DNA of 64,000 bases from Eledone cirrhosa. Taxonomy: Eukaryota. Positions 36,893-51,765 of the stretch are shown in pieces. The stretch spans positions 86,304,001 to 86,368,000 of the forward strand of contig OZ024740.1 of NCBI GenBank assembly GCA_964016885.1, written 5' to 3'. The notes below the pieces were generated by a model. That model made no database searches, was not told where the DNA came from, and worked only from the letters and a program-made list of their open reading frames with translations. Position 1 is the first letter of the stretch. Every line of letters starts with the position of its first letter. The translations under genes were made by a program, and so were the position numbers.

Positions 36893-38323
36893 CAGATTCA
36901 TATATTTGCAAATATGTATATATAATTGTGTATGTTCATGAATGTATCTGTATATGCGTCTTTAAATTGTTTTGCTTCCGGGTGATGCATATATGTACTA
37001 TAGACGATGGCAAATTATAGATAGAAAATTGAGAGGAGAACGACAAAAGAAGCATAGCAAATAAGATGAACTATAAATAAGATTGTTTCTCTCCAGCAAG
37101 ATTGTAAATAGATAGTGAAATTAAGATTATCCATCTAGACTTAAAATTGTAGGGACAATATATATTCATGTCGCCAATAAAATTTCTGAAGCTAATAGTA
37201 AATCTTGGCAACACCAGATCGTGTGTTACTATCGTCATAAAATTTGATAAAATTAACTTGAGGAATAGACATAAGATATTATGTAAAGAAAAAGCCGGAT
37301 ATATATTATTCTATTTTCACAATTGGATAATAAATAATACTCCTAACTAGCACTACTATAAATAATAAACATTGGAAACATTAAAGAAATCTGAGCAGAA
37401 TGCCTCACTGACATTATCATCAAGTAACACCAGTTCTCCTCAAATGTCCATTTAGCAATTCCTGTAACGACCTCAGATGTAATGGAATTATCGAGATGTT
37501 TTAGGAAATACCAAATCTTTTATAAACATGTAGTCGTTAAGTATTGCACTAGATTCGCCTTTATAGATAAAGCATGGCTACATATTATCAACTTACCTTG
37601 CATTCTTCGTTCTGACATTGTGATTATTAATTGGCTATTTCTTATTGATTTGCCCGATATATACACATAGTTGAGTATACGCTAGATAAACTAGCCAGAT
37701 CACAATTTTTCAATTAATGCCACTTGGTAAATAATGATTTAAATACTGATCAATATCTTTTCAATAATAATTCTGGAGATTATTTCTCTGTAAAATTTTG
37801 ACGCCTCTTTCTCTCGGTCCTGTTTATGGTCAAAATTTTAACTGGACACTAGTTCAGAGTTACCAATAACGAAGTAAGAAAATTATTGCCTACAGAGACG
37901 AAATATTGAGAATATGTCTCCTCTGATAGAAACAAGCTAGACAATAGCAATTATAAGCTGTAATAAATATGTAGGAATATTCAAGTCTGGTTTACGTATT
38001 TCTGACTATACTCGAGAAGTACTTTCAGGTCTCGTCTTGAGCGGGACTACTCAGATACATTATGATTTTCTTTTATACCAGGAGCGGGTATATAATTTAT
38101 TTGTTTGACTTTGCTATAGAATTAACCATATTCAAGGCAGGAACAATTGATAAAACTGATATGAGAAGTAGGATGTTATTACAGGCCCGAACATTATCTT
38201 AAATCAATCCCAATAATAATTGGGATTGATTTAATATACAACTAAGATTGGCATGTAAACTACGATAAAGTTCAACATTGGATTGTATCGCAACCTCTGC
38301 TCATATATATCTCATATATATAT

Positions 38324-38402
<79 letters not shown>

Positions 38403-38609
38403 TATATAAATATATATATAAGTTTATATACATACATGGAGACACATACATACACACACACACACGAGTGTATATGTGTGTGTGTTGTTGTTGCAGTTGT
38501 TAAATATTCCCAGAAAAATCGACCTTAAGGTATTTGGCATATTGAATAGGGGAATATGTTATCTTTATTAAATAAATCTCACTCACATGACAGTTCTGTT
38601 GCCCTCCTA

Positions 38610-38676
<67 letters not shown>

Positions 38677-38697
38677 AGTGCGTATATATACATATAC

Positions 38698-38784
<87 letters not shown>

Positions 38785-40929
38785 ACTTCCTCCTATATAT
38801 ATATATATATACACACATATAACTTCCTCCTATATATATATATATATATATATAATCGTGAACATAACCCAAATGCCAATTAGTGTACGGTGAAATCCAT
38901 TAGTGGGTTTGGAGTTATGGTGTCAAACAATATAGGTCTATCACTGACAATACTATAATTGTAAATATAAGAACAAACGAACAAACAGAGAACAAAGGGG
39001 ATGAAAGACAAAGACAGACGCTAATCAATATTTTTTATTATTTAAAAATATCCCAGACGATGATTCATTGCATTGGCACCCAGATATATTCTGGCAGTGG
39101 CGGTACATGAAGAGAAGATGGAAAATGTAGAGAAGGGGGACACTGAACGAGAAGAAGATTAGAAGGGGAGAGAAGAGGGGTGTAGTTCGGTCGATTGAAT
39201 TGATTGCCGTATATGCTTAGTATCTATTTAATCTACTCTGTAGAGATGAAAAGTAAAGTCGACCCTGGTGAGTTTTTGAACCTTATTGGAATTAAAATAT
39301 ATTTAGAAATGAATTCAGCCTAGTATTTGAAAGTTTCTGTCAATCCATATACACCCTATCCAGACAAATAATCCCATGTCACTCCTTGACACAAATATTA
39401 AAATTATAGTATTGATGTAACAATTATAGGATTGATTGTTTAATCGATCCACATGTTGTGAATGTGTTCTGGTTTTATCGATCTCCAAGTAGAGGAATAA
39501 TATAGCAAAACTTTTAGCAAATTGTTTAAAATTCTGAAATTTTGATGTACGCAAAATAGTGGGAAATATACCAAATAAAAACAAACTGGACCTCCTTCGG
39601 TTTCTACTAGTAACTGGATCTTTTTCGTATTTCTCAGATACGTCTACTCGTAAGTAACCCTCGTGCAGAATCTGCTTGTGCCAAGGCTAAACATATGAAT
39701 TGTAAGCTTAATCAGTCCGATGAGATTCTACACAGTTTTTGTCTACCTAATTGTACTCACAATGTTTGGGTCAGGAGGTTAAGGTAAAAACCACGTGCTC
39801 AAGACACTGCGCAGAGGAATAGAACCAGAGACCTTAGAAATTCAAAGTGAACTACTTCAGCATTCAGCTATGTATTTCCCTCATTGTCTTATCACATCTT
39901 TATAGTGTCATATCGGTGCTGTCTTCGCATACAGTGTCTTAAATAAAACAAATATGATAAGAAAATCAACAACAACGGATTCCCGTACTCGACTGGCACT
40001 TTATTCACCGACCCTAGAAAGAAAGATAAATGCAGTTAACTTCAGAGGAATATGAACTCAGAGCGATGAAATTCGCTACTCACTGCAAAGCAATTTATCG
40101 GATGCTCGAAGGAATGTACCAAATCATTGCTTACAATTCGGTGGATATTTTACGACGGAAATCAAACATGACATTTGACATTTATCCACAATCCGCCACC
40201 ATCACCACCACCACCACCACAAAAAATAATAAAAATAAAATGTTTCTAATGTTTAAAGTAGTCCAATATAGAATTTTCTCAGTTGCAACATCAACATGTT
40301 TCATGAACTCAAAATATTGCTAGATAAATTATATTTCCAAAATTTCAGATTAAATCCTGGGAACAATTTTAGCAGTCTCTCATAGCCTAAAGATACGAAA
40401 TTTTATTAAAGAATAATAATATGAAAATCACTCAGGTTTTCCCCTTTATTTGCGAGATGTTTAAAATGGCGGAAATCATGAATAATTTGTTCTACATTCA
40501 ATCTAAACTTGTTGAAATAGAATGTAGATCAAATATTCGAGATTTTATTGATAATAAATTATATATATATTGATTATAAAATGATATTAACAGCTGAAAA
40601 CGTAGTGAGTTTTGTGGTGGGGGTTCAAACATAAGGATAATTATTGTAAAGAAGTTTATAGTCAATTACACTGGTCCTACTGTTATATCAATATTGCTTT
40701 TATGAAATTCAGATGGAGAAAAATGCAAAGTCGACAAAACTTAGTGAGACTTATAATTCGAAAGAAAAACGAAATTTAAATCTGTAAAACATTTTAGTCA
40801 TCGCTCAGTTATTTCTACACACTTCAGCCTACCAACAGACCAACCACAAAAAGAAAATAGCAGCCAAATCTCACTTAAATCACAACCCACCTTCTTAAAA
40901 TAAAAAGAAAGCATACATTGAATAATGGT

Positions 40930-41510
40930 TTCTGATTTCGGAACGAGACGAGCAATTTTGAAAAGTTGATTAAATCAACGCCAGTGCTTTACTGGTACTT
41001 TATATTGTCGGCCACGAAAGGATGACAGGCAAAACTAACCTCGGCAAGTTTTGAAATTAGAATGTAAAGAGCCATAACCAAAGACTATACTACAACGTAT
41101 TTTGTCCAACACTCTAACTATTCTTCCAATCCAGCGCCATTCATATATTGAATAATGGTATCATATATACACATCTTCAAGAGACAGGATAATCATTGAA
41201 CTGAAGCAAAACTACAACAGCTGACAGCTAATGAGGCAACATCTAAGTTGTCACTTTATCTGCTAGAAATAGTAGCAACATTTAGATCAAAATTACACCC
41301 TATCCCGCCTTACAATAGATGGGCATATATGTTAATAAAATCCTGGATATGCTGTGACTGAAGCGCTTTTATCTCGCCGAGTTTAGCTTTGCCGTTCATC
41401 CTTACAGCGTCGATAGATTAAAGTACCAGTAACGTACTTGGTCCGTTTGCATCGATTCCCTCCCATAAAAACAATTCTTGGCCTTGTGCCTAAATCAGTA
41501 AACCATTATA
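40930..41510. mobile_element. Two diverged Nin-like SINE copies in opposite orientation (about 40930-41130 minus, about 41370-41505 plus)
   Basis: GGATGACAGGCAAAACTAACCTCGGC and GCCGAGTTTAGCTTTGCCGTTCATCCTTACAGCGTCGATAGATTAAAGTACCAG. Confidence 0.7.
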
Positions 41511-41735
41511 TATCTGATCTGCCCAAAGCTAACAAGAGGCAAAACAATTTCAATATCTAAAGTATATTCTATTATTTAATAATGTTAGTTATAGTATATA
41601 TTTACGAGGGTACAGACATATATAACACATCTGTACGTTGATACCTTGTTCCTTCAGCTGTTGTACAACAAATTACCACAATCCTTTCCCACTTTGACTG
41701 GTCTCGAGAAAGCTTTGGAACAATATACCTATTGG

Positions 41736-42108
<373 letters not shown>

Positions 42109-42132
42109 TATATAAATGTTTTAACCTTTGTA

Positions 42133-42186
<54 letters not shown>

Positions 42187-42439
42187 TTTACAAAGGTCAC
42201 AAAATTTATTTCAGCGAGTTCAGGCCACTATTCACTCACGCAATTGGAAAATAGACTTGCAAGTAAGAAAATACAATCTTCCAATGAAAACGATAGTTAA
42301 TTAGTAAGTACGTTGACATTGCTTTGGTAATGATACTGCCGTATATATAGAAATATTTGCTCTAGGGTTCTTATATATTTGATATATATTTATCCTTATC
42401 GAGCCCTCTTTGGATTTTAGTCTTCACATTTATTATTAT

Positions 42440-42493
<54 letters not shown>

Positions 42494-42591
42494 GTGGCAG
42501 AACACTAGAAGGTAATATCCGGAGTGGTAGAGCATTCAATCCATGGGACGAATTATGTAGAAGTGGTTACACAACAGTTAGTTCACAATAC

Positions 42592-42629
42592 CGAGAACAA
42601 TTGTTTCACCTTAGCGGATCCTCAGCTCG
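42592..42629 (-). ncRNA. Minimal type I hammerhead ribozyme (family H)
   Basis: cgag-CTGAGGA-t cc gctaa gg t-GAAA-caattg-TT-ctcg. Confidence 0.78.
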
Positions 42630-42715
42630 TAAGAACCAGATGGACCATAATGCACTAGAGTACTCAATACTTAGGGTAGTAGAGTGGGTACTCTGCCGTC
42701 GGGGTCAAACATTTT

Positions 42716-42760
<45 letters not shown>

Positions 42761-42847
42761 CGGAGGAAATGTGGTAAGGAACCAGGTGGACCATAACGCA
42801 CCAAAGTACTCAATACTTGAGGTAGTAGAGTGGGTAATCCTATTTCC

Positions 42848-42886
<39 letters not shown>

Positions 42887-43126
42887 ATATACATTCATAA
42901 ATATATATATATTTATGTATATATATATAAATATGTATACGTACATACATATATGTATACAGACGTACAGTAGTATGGATATATATATACATACATATAT
43001 ATATGTACGTATGGATTTGCCGAACATTTATTATAATGCTCGATGTGTTTGTAAACAATCGTCCCGAATTAAGCCGTACAGTGTTTAGCAACCATCGTTG
43101 CTCTTTTGTTCAACACTGACAAAGGA

Positions 43127-43169
43127 ACGATGTACTAGTTTCAAGCTTATTAGCTATCGTCAGCACCGT
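43127..43169 (-). ncRNA. Minimal type I hammerhead ribozyme (family A)
   Basis: acggtg-CTGACGA-t agct aata agct t-GAAA-ctag-TA-catcgt. Confidence 0.88.
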
Positions 43170-43561
43170 ATACCGTCCTGCCAGATGATTGAACGTCTAA
43201 AAGTATATACTTTCCTTATGCATATTAACGCCTGAGCAGCCTAATTTGCATATCGAGTGAGTTAATCGGCCGGGCGCACCGAAAACGATAAACGGAAAAA
43301 ATGAAACGAAATTTCATTTCTCACTCTTAGTACGGCTGTTACTTAAATATAAGTATGTATATGTATATACATATATGTATACAGACGTACAGTAGTATGT
43401 ATATATATATATATACATACATGCACACATATATATATATGTACGTATGGATTTAGCGAACATTTATTATAATACTCGGCGTGTTTGTAAACAAACAATC
43501 CGAATTAAGCCGTACAGTGGTTAGAACCATCGTTGCTCTATTGTTCAACACTGACAAAGGA

Positions 43562-43604
43562 ACGATGTACTAGTTTCAAGCTTATTAGCTATCGTCAGCA
43601 CCGT
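43562..43604 (-). ncRNA. Minimal type I hammerhead ribozyme (family A)
   Basis: Identical to 43127-43169. Confidence 0.88.
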
Positions 43605-44262
43605 ATACCTTCCTGCCAGATGATTGAACGTCTGAAAGTATATACTTTCCTTATGCTTATTAACGCCTGAGCAGCCTAATTTGCATATCGAGTGAGTTAA
43701 TCAGCCGGGCGCACCGAAAACTAAAAACGGAAAAAATGAAACGAAATTTCATTTCTCACTCTTAGTACGGCTGTTACTTAAATATAAGTATGTATACGTA
43801 CATACATATATGTTTACAGACGTACAGTAGTATGTATATATATATACATACATGCACGCATATATATATGTACGTATGGATTTACCGAACATTTATTATA
43901 ATGCTCGGTGTGTTTGTAAACAAACATTCGGTTCATCGTTTTTGTTTCATTTTTTTCCGTTTATGTATTAAACATATATATACAGATGTATATATAGATT
44001 GAAAAGAAGACATGTTTTATGATGTGGACGAAATCTGCGGTAATTAAAATATAATATAATTTAACAGTCTTTGGTCATTTTTTAAATGTAATATTTGCTC
44101 TATGAGTGTACTTAAACGTCTACAATAAAGATTTCATGCAAATAGAATTGTATGTAGCCTTTTGAGTAGTTTACTGTAATAAATTTCATATTTTGAGCTG
44201 TAATAACTATTTACTTAGCCTTATCTGTTCTCTTATTCGAAAACGTTTTATTGTAAACTATG

Positions 44263-44390
<128 letters not shown>

Positions 44391-46798
44391 CGTGTGTGTG
44401 TTACCACTTTCTTCGATGTATAACGGTGACTGATACGAATATCGGTGTGAGAAAAGAGAAGATGGCGGTGCTTTTAGAACGATACCCGTTGCGATGTTTA
44501 TTTTACACCGAATTACTGACATTCTCTATCAGCCTGGCCGACAGAAATACAGTGAAACAGGGATTTACACTATTGTTCAACAATCTGGATAATAAAATGA
44601 ATGAATAAATAAATTCACACATGAATGAAAAAGATGAAAAGATGCTGCAATCACAATAATGGGTTGTTCTCGTGATCAAGACTGGAGCTGAATCTTGTGG
44701 TGAATGACCTATTTGTATATGGAATTTCATGTTGCGCACCAATAAACACATATACTACGTAATTAGAAGCACTGTCCGAATCTCTTCACAAAATAAACCA
44801 AGTTGACTGGCTGGCCTAATGGTCAGACTGAACATTAAACTCGTACCTAGACCTGAGAAGTTAGTGAACTTAGTTATGGTAGAATAATTACAAAATGCTT
44901 TGTGATATTTATTCAGGCTTTCTGTTCTTTAAGTTCAAATACCACCGACGTCATCTTTGATTCTCATCTTTTCTGGTTCAGACTCTTGTTCGGACTCTTT
45001 GTGTTTCCCCAGAACATGACTGGTATACATAATCGGTCTCCCAGCTTAACATCACCACCTGCCCGTCAATCCCTTTGGCAGAATTCACTTTGTTACAAAT
45101 ATTTAGACGTAGTTTCCGATTTGAGGGTACCTTCCTCCGTTTATCCTTCCCATCAGCCTGCGAGTCAGGGAAGCAAGTCATGGACACTTGCTTCCCAGAG
45201 TAAACTGTATTAAGAAATATTGAAATGCCAATGATCCAATTAATGATCCTCTCCGTTGCCACCAGATCTAGTAGAAATAACAGCCAAATCTCTCTCAAAT
45301 TTAATTTGTTAATATATTCGTAGATACACCTAAGAAGCCAGATTGACGACGGCTGGAATACTTCTGATCTTTGATTTATTTCTACAATGATGACATGAGG
45401 CTAAATAACAACAGCAACAACACTACGGCAACAAATTGCCTGTGTGACAGTATGGCTGTATCTGTTAGACATTATAGCCAAATTAACAATATAACACATT
45501 TAATAGGAAAGAACTCAGGGATAATGTAGTTTTATACAAACTATATCTGAAAAACAAAGATGCGATGATCATGGCTGGAACTGTTTTGATCATGAGTCTG
45601 TTCAATCGGTACCTACTATGGCTCAAAAAACAAGAATGAGGAAAGTCTTAAAACTATCAGTAAAATGTTCATCAAATAACATCAGAGCGTCTTAAAGCAT
45701 TAAGAAAGTTTGCGTGGTCATTTGATATGCTAGAAGTAACAACCAAATCTCCAACATATAACAAACTAACGTCTTCAAAACGAGAAGACACACTTGATAA
45801 TGTAATGATTAGTAGGCAATGAGCAAGGCTCTGTTAGAAAGAGCAGTCAAACCAAATCTGCTTCAAACGCCCCCTTTTCGCTTTGAGTTGAAAATCAGTC
45901 ATTCAACCTTTTCAACTCAATAGAATAAAATAGTAATAAAAATACTGGGATCGATTAAATCGACCTCAAAATCTGTAGCCTTGTGACTATATTAGAAATC
46001 AATATGTAAGGCAGCAATCTTCGTATTGAGTAAGCAAGTGCATTGGTGAATAAAATAAGGATTTCTAGCCTAGGTATATGACCAATTTACTTTGGAAGTA
46101 AGGAAGAGAACATACAATCGATTATAATGAATCCAAGCTGGCGATTTTGTGAGGGTTATATATTACTCCCGTCAAATTGATTTGAAGCTGCCTCACATTC
46201 TTATAGACATGAGCCTAAGTCTTATTCTGTTGTTACTTGACACACAAAAATTCAATATATCACTAACGTTAAAAGGATGTAAAATATAAATTACTACAGG
46301 ATATAAACACGAAAAGATCGTGTTGCAAGTTGGGCGTTGTGCCGTTTAGTCATCGTCTAATGATAGATTAATGTGTTTCAATGATTTTAATGAAAGAAAA
46401 CGATTGCCTGAGACAAGAATTGGAAAATACTACGCCATTTTGAATACTAATATGAAGAGACGCGTTAATGTATTGTATCATCTGAATGTGTAATGTACAA
46501 CTAGTCGTTATGTATTCAATAACTGTTCTTTGATCTTTTGCCAATAAATAATAGCGGTGTTGTTTCCTTTTATTCTATTTAAATCTTTTGATTTATTTAT
46601 TTAATTATTTAATCTTTTTTAAACATATATATATGAGTATGTATGTATTTATGTATGTATGTATGAATTCATATATGTTTTGTGTCTATGTGTCTGTGTG
46701 TGAGTGTGTGTGTGTATATGTGTGTGCGTCCGTGTGTCTATCGTTCGATAAGAAGATCAGCTAAGATGATGAGAATACACATACATACACACACACAC

Positions 46799-46850
<52 letters not shown>

Positions 46851-46950
46851 TACACACAGACGCACGCACATATACACACATACACTCACACACACGTACA
46901 CATATATTTATATATATACGTATACTTATATATATATATACACTCACGCG

Positions 46951-47111
<161 letters not shown>

Positions 47112-50100
47112 ATATGTATGTGAAAGTGAGAGAGGTGGGTAGAGAGCGAGTGAGTGAGTGGCTGTGTTTGTATGTGTACGTATATATTTATATGTATATA
47201 TATATACATAAATAAATACTACCTGAACTAAGGATGTGACAAAGCAAAAATCAGCGCTTGATCAACTTGAAACAACGATTATGACGACAAATACGACGAT
47301 AATGATCGCCTGAACAGGAAAAACAACAAAAACACTGGAATATTCGAAATACTGTTTCATTCATGTTATGATTATGATGTTTAGTAGGAGGTAATAGTGC
47401 TATATAGTGGCATTTAAAAATTCATTCCTAGCTGTAGTTATCTTGGTCGGTATGCTGTTTGGTTGAATTTTACTTGGGTTGCGTTTAACTAACATCAATT
47501 TGAGATCTATGAGATATGTATCAGTAATACCAGTAATTCACTTAACCATTTTAGTTGATACCCTTTCTTTTTACTGAAAAAATTATTTCTTGCGACTAAT
47601 AGGCGACAAAAAAACAAAAACTACCAAGCTTTTTGAGTATTGATAGTGTTATCGGCAAGTAGAAATGGCATAATGCCAGATAAAATACAAACACTTATGG
47701 TGTTTATATATTCTGCGACGTTTCGAGTTCTAATCTCTAGTCAGGTGGATTTATTATTTTTTTTTTTTTTTGCATTTCATTTTCCAGGAGTAGGCAATAC
47801 ATATTGCTCCAATATTTAGAGAGTCGGACCTAGTACCTTGTGGTATTTGTTTCGGCTTTACGTTCTGAGTTCATATTTCGTCAAACTGTATTGCCTTACA
47901 CCGTATTCATTTATGTCAATTAATGTTTTATATTCATATCTGGCCGAGATTTATTTCGCATTTCATCGTTGTCAGTTGAATAAAATAAAATAGCAGCCAA
48001 GTAGTGACCGATTTAGTTGACTATAGCTCTTAATATTGATATATAGCACTATAATTATGTTAGAAATCAACAAATTATATTTAGAGAAAGGTCACCTTTT
48101 AGAAACGTTAGAATGTCATAGTAAATAACGTTAACTTATAGACCTTCAGGATAACGGTATGATCAAATGCTTTCCAATCATGTCCATCCCATCTTTTTGG
48201 GTACTTAGTTTGGAAATGTTACTATTTCCTACTTTTGCCGTTCAGATGCCGATTGCATAAAAACCAATATAAGGAACTATTATTAGAAGAAATTATGTTC
48301 TTTTCTCTATTTCTAAGATAGAATTTAAACCTAAGCAGGCTTAATTTCGCGTAGGTGAGAGATGTATTTTCCTGAGTTATAAGAATGATGTACTATTACG
48401 TTCTCTTATTTTTATTGTTGTTGTTCGGTGCCACTCCTTGTATTGAATATGGTAGCACTTGTTTACCTGGCAATTTATCAGTTTGCTGTTATTTAACACC
48501 CGTTGAAGCCAGCAGCTTGATTACTTGTAAATGCGCTTTGAAAATGTCAATGATTGAAGGAATTTATGAAAGTAATAAACCTGAGAAATGAATGCCCTTC
48601 TGAGATCATGATAGTATTTAAGTAAATACTACTTATTTTTGGCATATTTTGTTCAAGATAATCTGCTGTTTATGCAAGGTATTCTGAATATCGTAAAATG
48701 TTTTTTCTAAGTTAAACAACATTGACATTATACTATTAATTCTTTAATCCTCGCAGATATAACATCGACATATTCCACTGTAGAAAATTATCAAGAATAC
48801 TGAATGACATATGTTCAACTGGTGTCCTCAACGCTACATAAAGCTGATATCAACTTGCACTCATTAAAATTGAGTCCTGCAGAGAAAACCAAAGATGAAG
48901 AGTATGTCAGAAGATGAACGTGTGTCAAAAAATTCTTTGAGACTTTTAAACAATGAAAAAGCGCTTTTGAGAAATAAATGGCGAATGAAAAGGAACAGGG
49001 AGCGTGTACATTCGAGCACTTTGGCCTCCTCGCAGAAATTACACAGTCAACAGAATGTAGGGTATTCGTTCATTTAATTGCATTGATGAATATTGTTATC
49101 GGTTTTCGTTAATATTTGTTTCTAAGTCTGGATTCTCAGTCGGGTCTGTTTCCCTCCCTCATGTGGCTAATTCCCAATACAACTCCCAGCTGATCATCTA
49201 CAATCATTTTGCAGTCATTTGTTACGGAATATACGTATGAAACTAAATAACTATTTGCGAATATATACGAAAATTAAAACTCATTAAGCAATTATTTCCC
49301 CCTACTTTGACATCCGTGGACTGCTATTCAACCTAGATCCTACATACACCAATGATATCATCTGCTATTAAAACACAAACATACATTCTATACCTATAAT
49401 ATTCGACATGTATCACAAACTGACGCACCTTTGATCTCTTTCTCATCCCCAAATTTACGCTCTTCGAAACTCCCACAGTCTCTACATGTACTGGGTCATC
49501 CGATCACAGCAATATTGTGACTATTCACCATTGAGAGGATTCCTAAAATTACAAGGAAATTGTTTCACCTTTAAGATATTTAGCAAAGAGAAATCCATCC
49601 CATTGTTTATCATTTTATTTGCATAGGCCATGAGAATATTAGGACTTCGAACCTCAAGTTGTCCACCTGAAACGTACATTGTTGAATATTTGAACATCAT
49701 GTTTTTAACTATCATATACTATCTGATTAACATGGTATTATACATAACTATTACTCAGAGGAATAACATTGAAAATAGGTTTAGAATTCTTCATAATAGT
49801 TTCTATGACTTTCTTTACGGTTGGTATAATGATATTCATTCTAACCTTATGTGCAATCCCTTGTTTTGCTTTTGCAAAATGTCTTCATTTCCACATAAAT
49901 ATCAACACCAGATAGTGATATCAGAAATGACATTACGGTTAGACATTTTTTCATGCCGATGTTTCAGAATACAAAAAATGAATATCTCTTGTCTTTTCTT
50001 ATATGAATGCAGCCTCAAAACGTCGATTTTCATCTTCGAAAGTTTCGTTGCATCGTTACGAAAAATCTTATACCATAACATATAGGTAATGTCTATCTCA

Positions 50101-50514
50101 TTAGTGATTGAATGAAGAAAACAAAATTTCAAATGTTCCTGTGATAATTGCGGGCATCTTTTTTTTTCGTTCAGAATCGGTACTGACATGCTATAAAATT
50201 AATGAGCTATAATATAAATCCAAAAATCCTATAGTATGATTACAATAACACATAAACGCATATCTTCAAAGTTGTCGTAATAAACTTAAATTATAATTGC
50301 ATTACAAAATAATACCGATTTAAATATTTCCTTTCTTTTTAGTCCGTTCATTAGAGTTTCACATTTGCACAAAATGAAAAAGCGACGTAAGACACAAACA
50401 CGCATGAGCAAAATCGAAATAAATTCCTGTGATAGTAGTTAATTGATCGAAAATAATTATACATATATAATATATATATATATATATATATTCACACAAT
50501 ACACACAGACACAC

Positions 50515-50545
<31 letters not shown>

Positions 50546-50688
50546 TAATAAAAGGAATTCCAACTTTGTCTGATTTATTCGTTTTATTTACAATCCTTTA
50601 AAATTATAATGATATTATAATGAAACAGTATGGTAGAATATTAAATGTTAAGTGTTAATTGAACAAGTACTTTTATGCTTTCAATCTT

Positions 50689-50728
50689 TGGTGACAGTCA
50701 AGTTTGCATGCAAACTTGACTGTCACCA
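50689..50728. repeat. Perfect 40-bp palindrome with no loop
   Basis: TGGTGACAGTCAAGTTTGCA|TGCAAACTTGACTGTCACCA. Confidence 0.95.
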
Positions 50729-50794
50729 CTGACAAAAACAAGATGGCGTAGGACAGAACAAAGGAGAGGCACAAAACAAAGAAAAGAATACCCG

Positions 50795-50837
50795 GTCACT
50801 GATGAGGTCACAGAATGTGTGACGAAAGAACTTTGAC
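50795..50837 (+). ncRNA. Minimal type I hammerhead ribozyme (family I)
   Basis: gtca-CTGATGA-g gtcaca gaatg tgtgac-GAAA-gaac-TT-tgac. Stem III (GAAC) is one substitution from a GTAC palindrome. Confidence 0.7.
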
Positions 50838-50989
50838 AATATATCAACAACCGTCCGGTTGTGGAACCAACCAACCGGAAATTTATAATTTCTTTTTTAA
50901 CTTATAATTTAATTTATAATAAATTGAAGTGAAAGCAACTGGTGCTTGTGTTTCTTATTGGCAACATGACCCTCCCAAAGTATAATAAT

Positions 50990-51020
<31 letters not shown>

Positions 51021-51380
51021 CGTACATCTATATATATGTATATATATACCTGTGTGTGTGTGCATACGCGAGCATGTGTGTGTGTTCACGCACGTGTGTG
51101 CGTGCGTATGTGATAACTGGGGTCATACAAATTGCCAACACATTCAACTAGGTACTATTTGAAACCAAAGATCCATTGAATCGTTAATGACTTTACTTGG
51201 AACAAATATATCCGTTGGTAAAAGAGATCAAAAGAAATGAAAAAACCGAGCATAGTCAGAACGGCAAAAAGGTGTTGCTTCGTTAGGTATATGTATCTAT
51301 GTGTGTGTTGTTGTATGTATTATCGTATGTGTATTAGGATATATGTTCAGTCATCTATTGATCAGCACACGCACACAGAC

Positions 51381-51420
<40 letters not shown>

Positions 51421-51765
51421 AAAAAGTATGACCCCGACGGCAGAGCTCAAGCCGTTTCGACGGCTATTTCTGGACTGAAATAGCCGTCTAGTCCAGAAAT
51501 AGCCGTCAAAATGGCTTGAGCTCCGCCGTCGGGGTCATACTTTTTCCTATTTCCCACTCTACTACCCTAAGTATTGAATACTCTGGTGCGTTATAGTCCA
51601 TTTGGACCATATATATATTCGGGTTTGTAAGGTTCACCACTGGATAGAGCTGGTCAATTCTGTATCGTCAATCTTAATGTAATAATATGGAGAGTACTCA
51701 ACGTAAAGCAATTCAACTGTCTTGGTTTTTGTAGTTGGTGGTACTAGTACGGGGTTAAATATTAT

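Larger units (their letters stand above)
42930..43930 (-). mobile_element. Family A retrozyme-like array C (about 2.3 monomers, 435-bp period)
   Basis: Head-to-tail copies with HHRs at 43127-43169 and 43562-43604. Confidence 0.87.

Noticed and set aside
48850-49077. 60-aa ORF after a CCTGCAG acceptor-like site as a possible host exon
   Set aside because: No polypyrimidine tract, recognisable domain or partner exons. It would need RNA-seq support.
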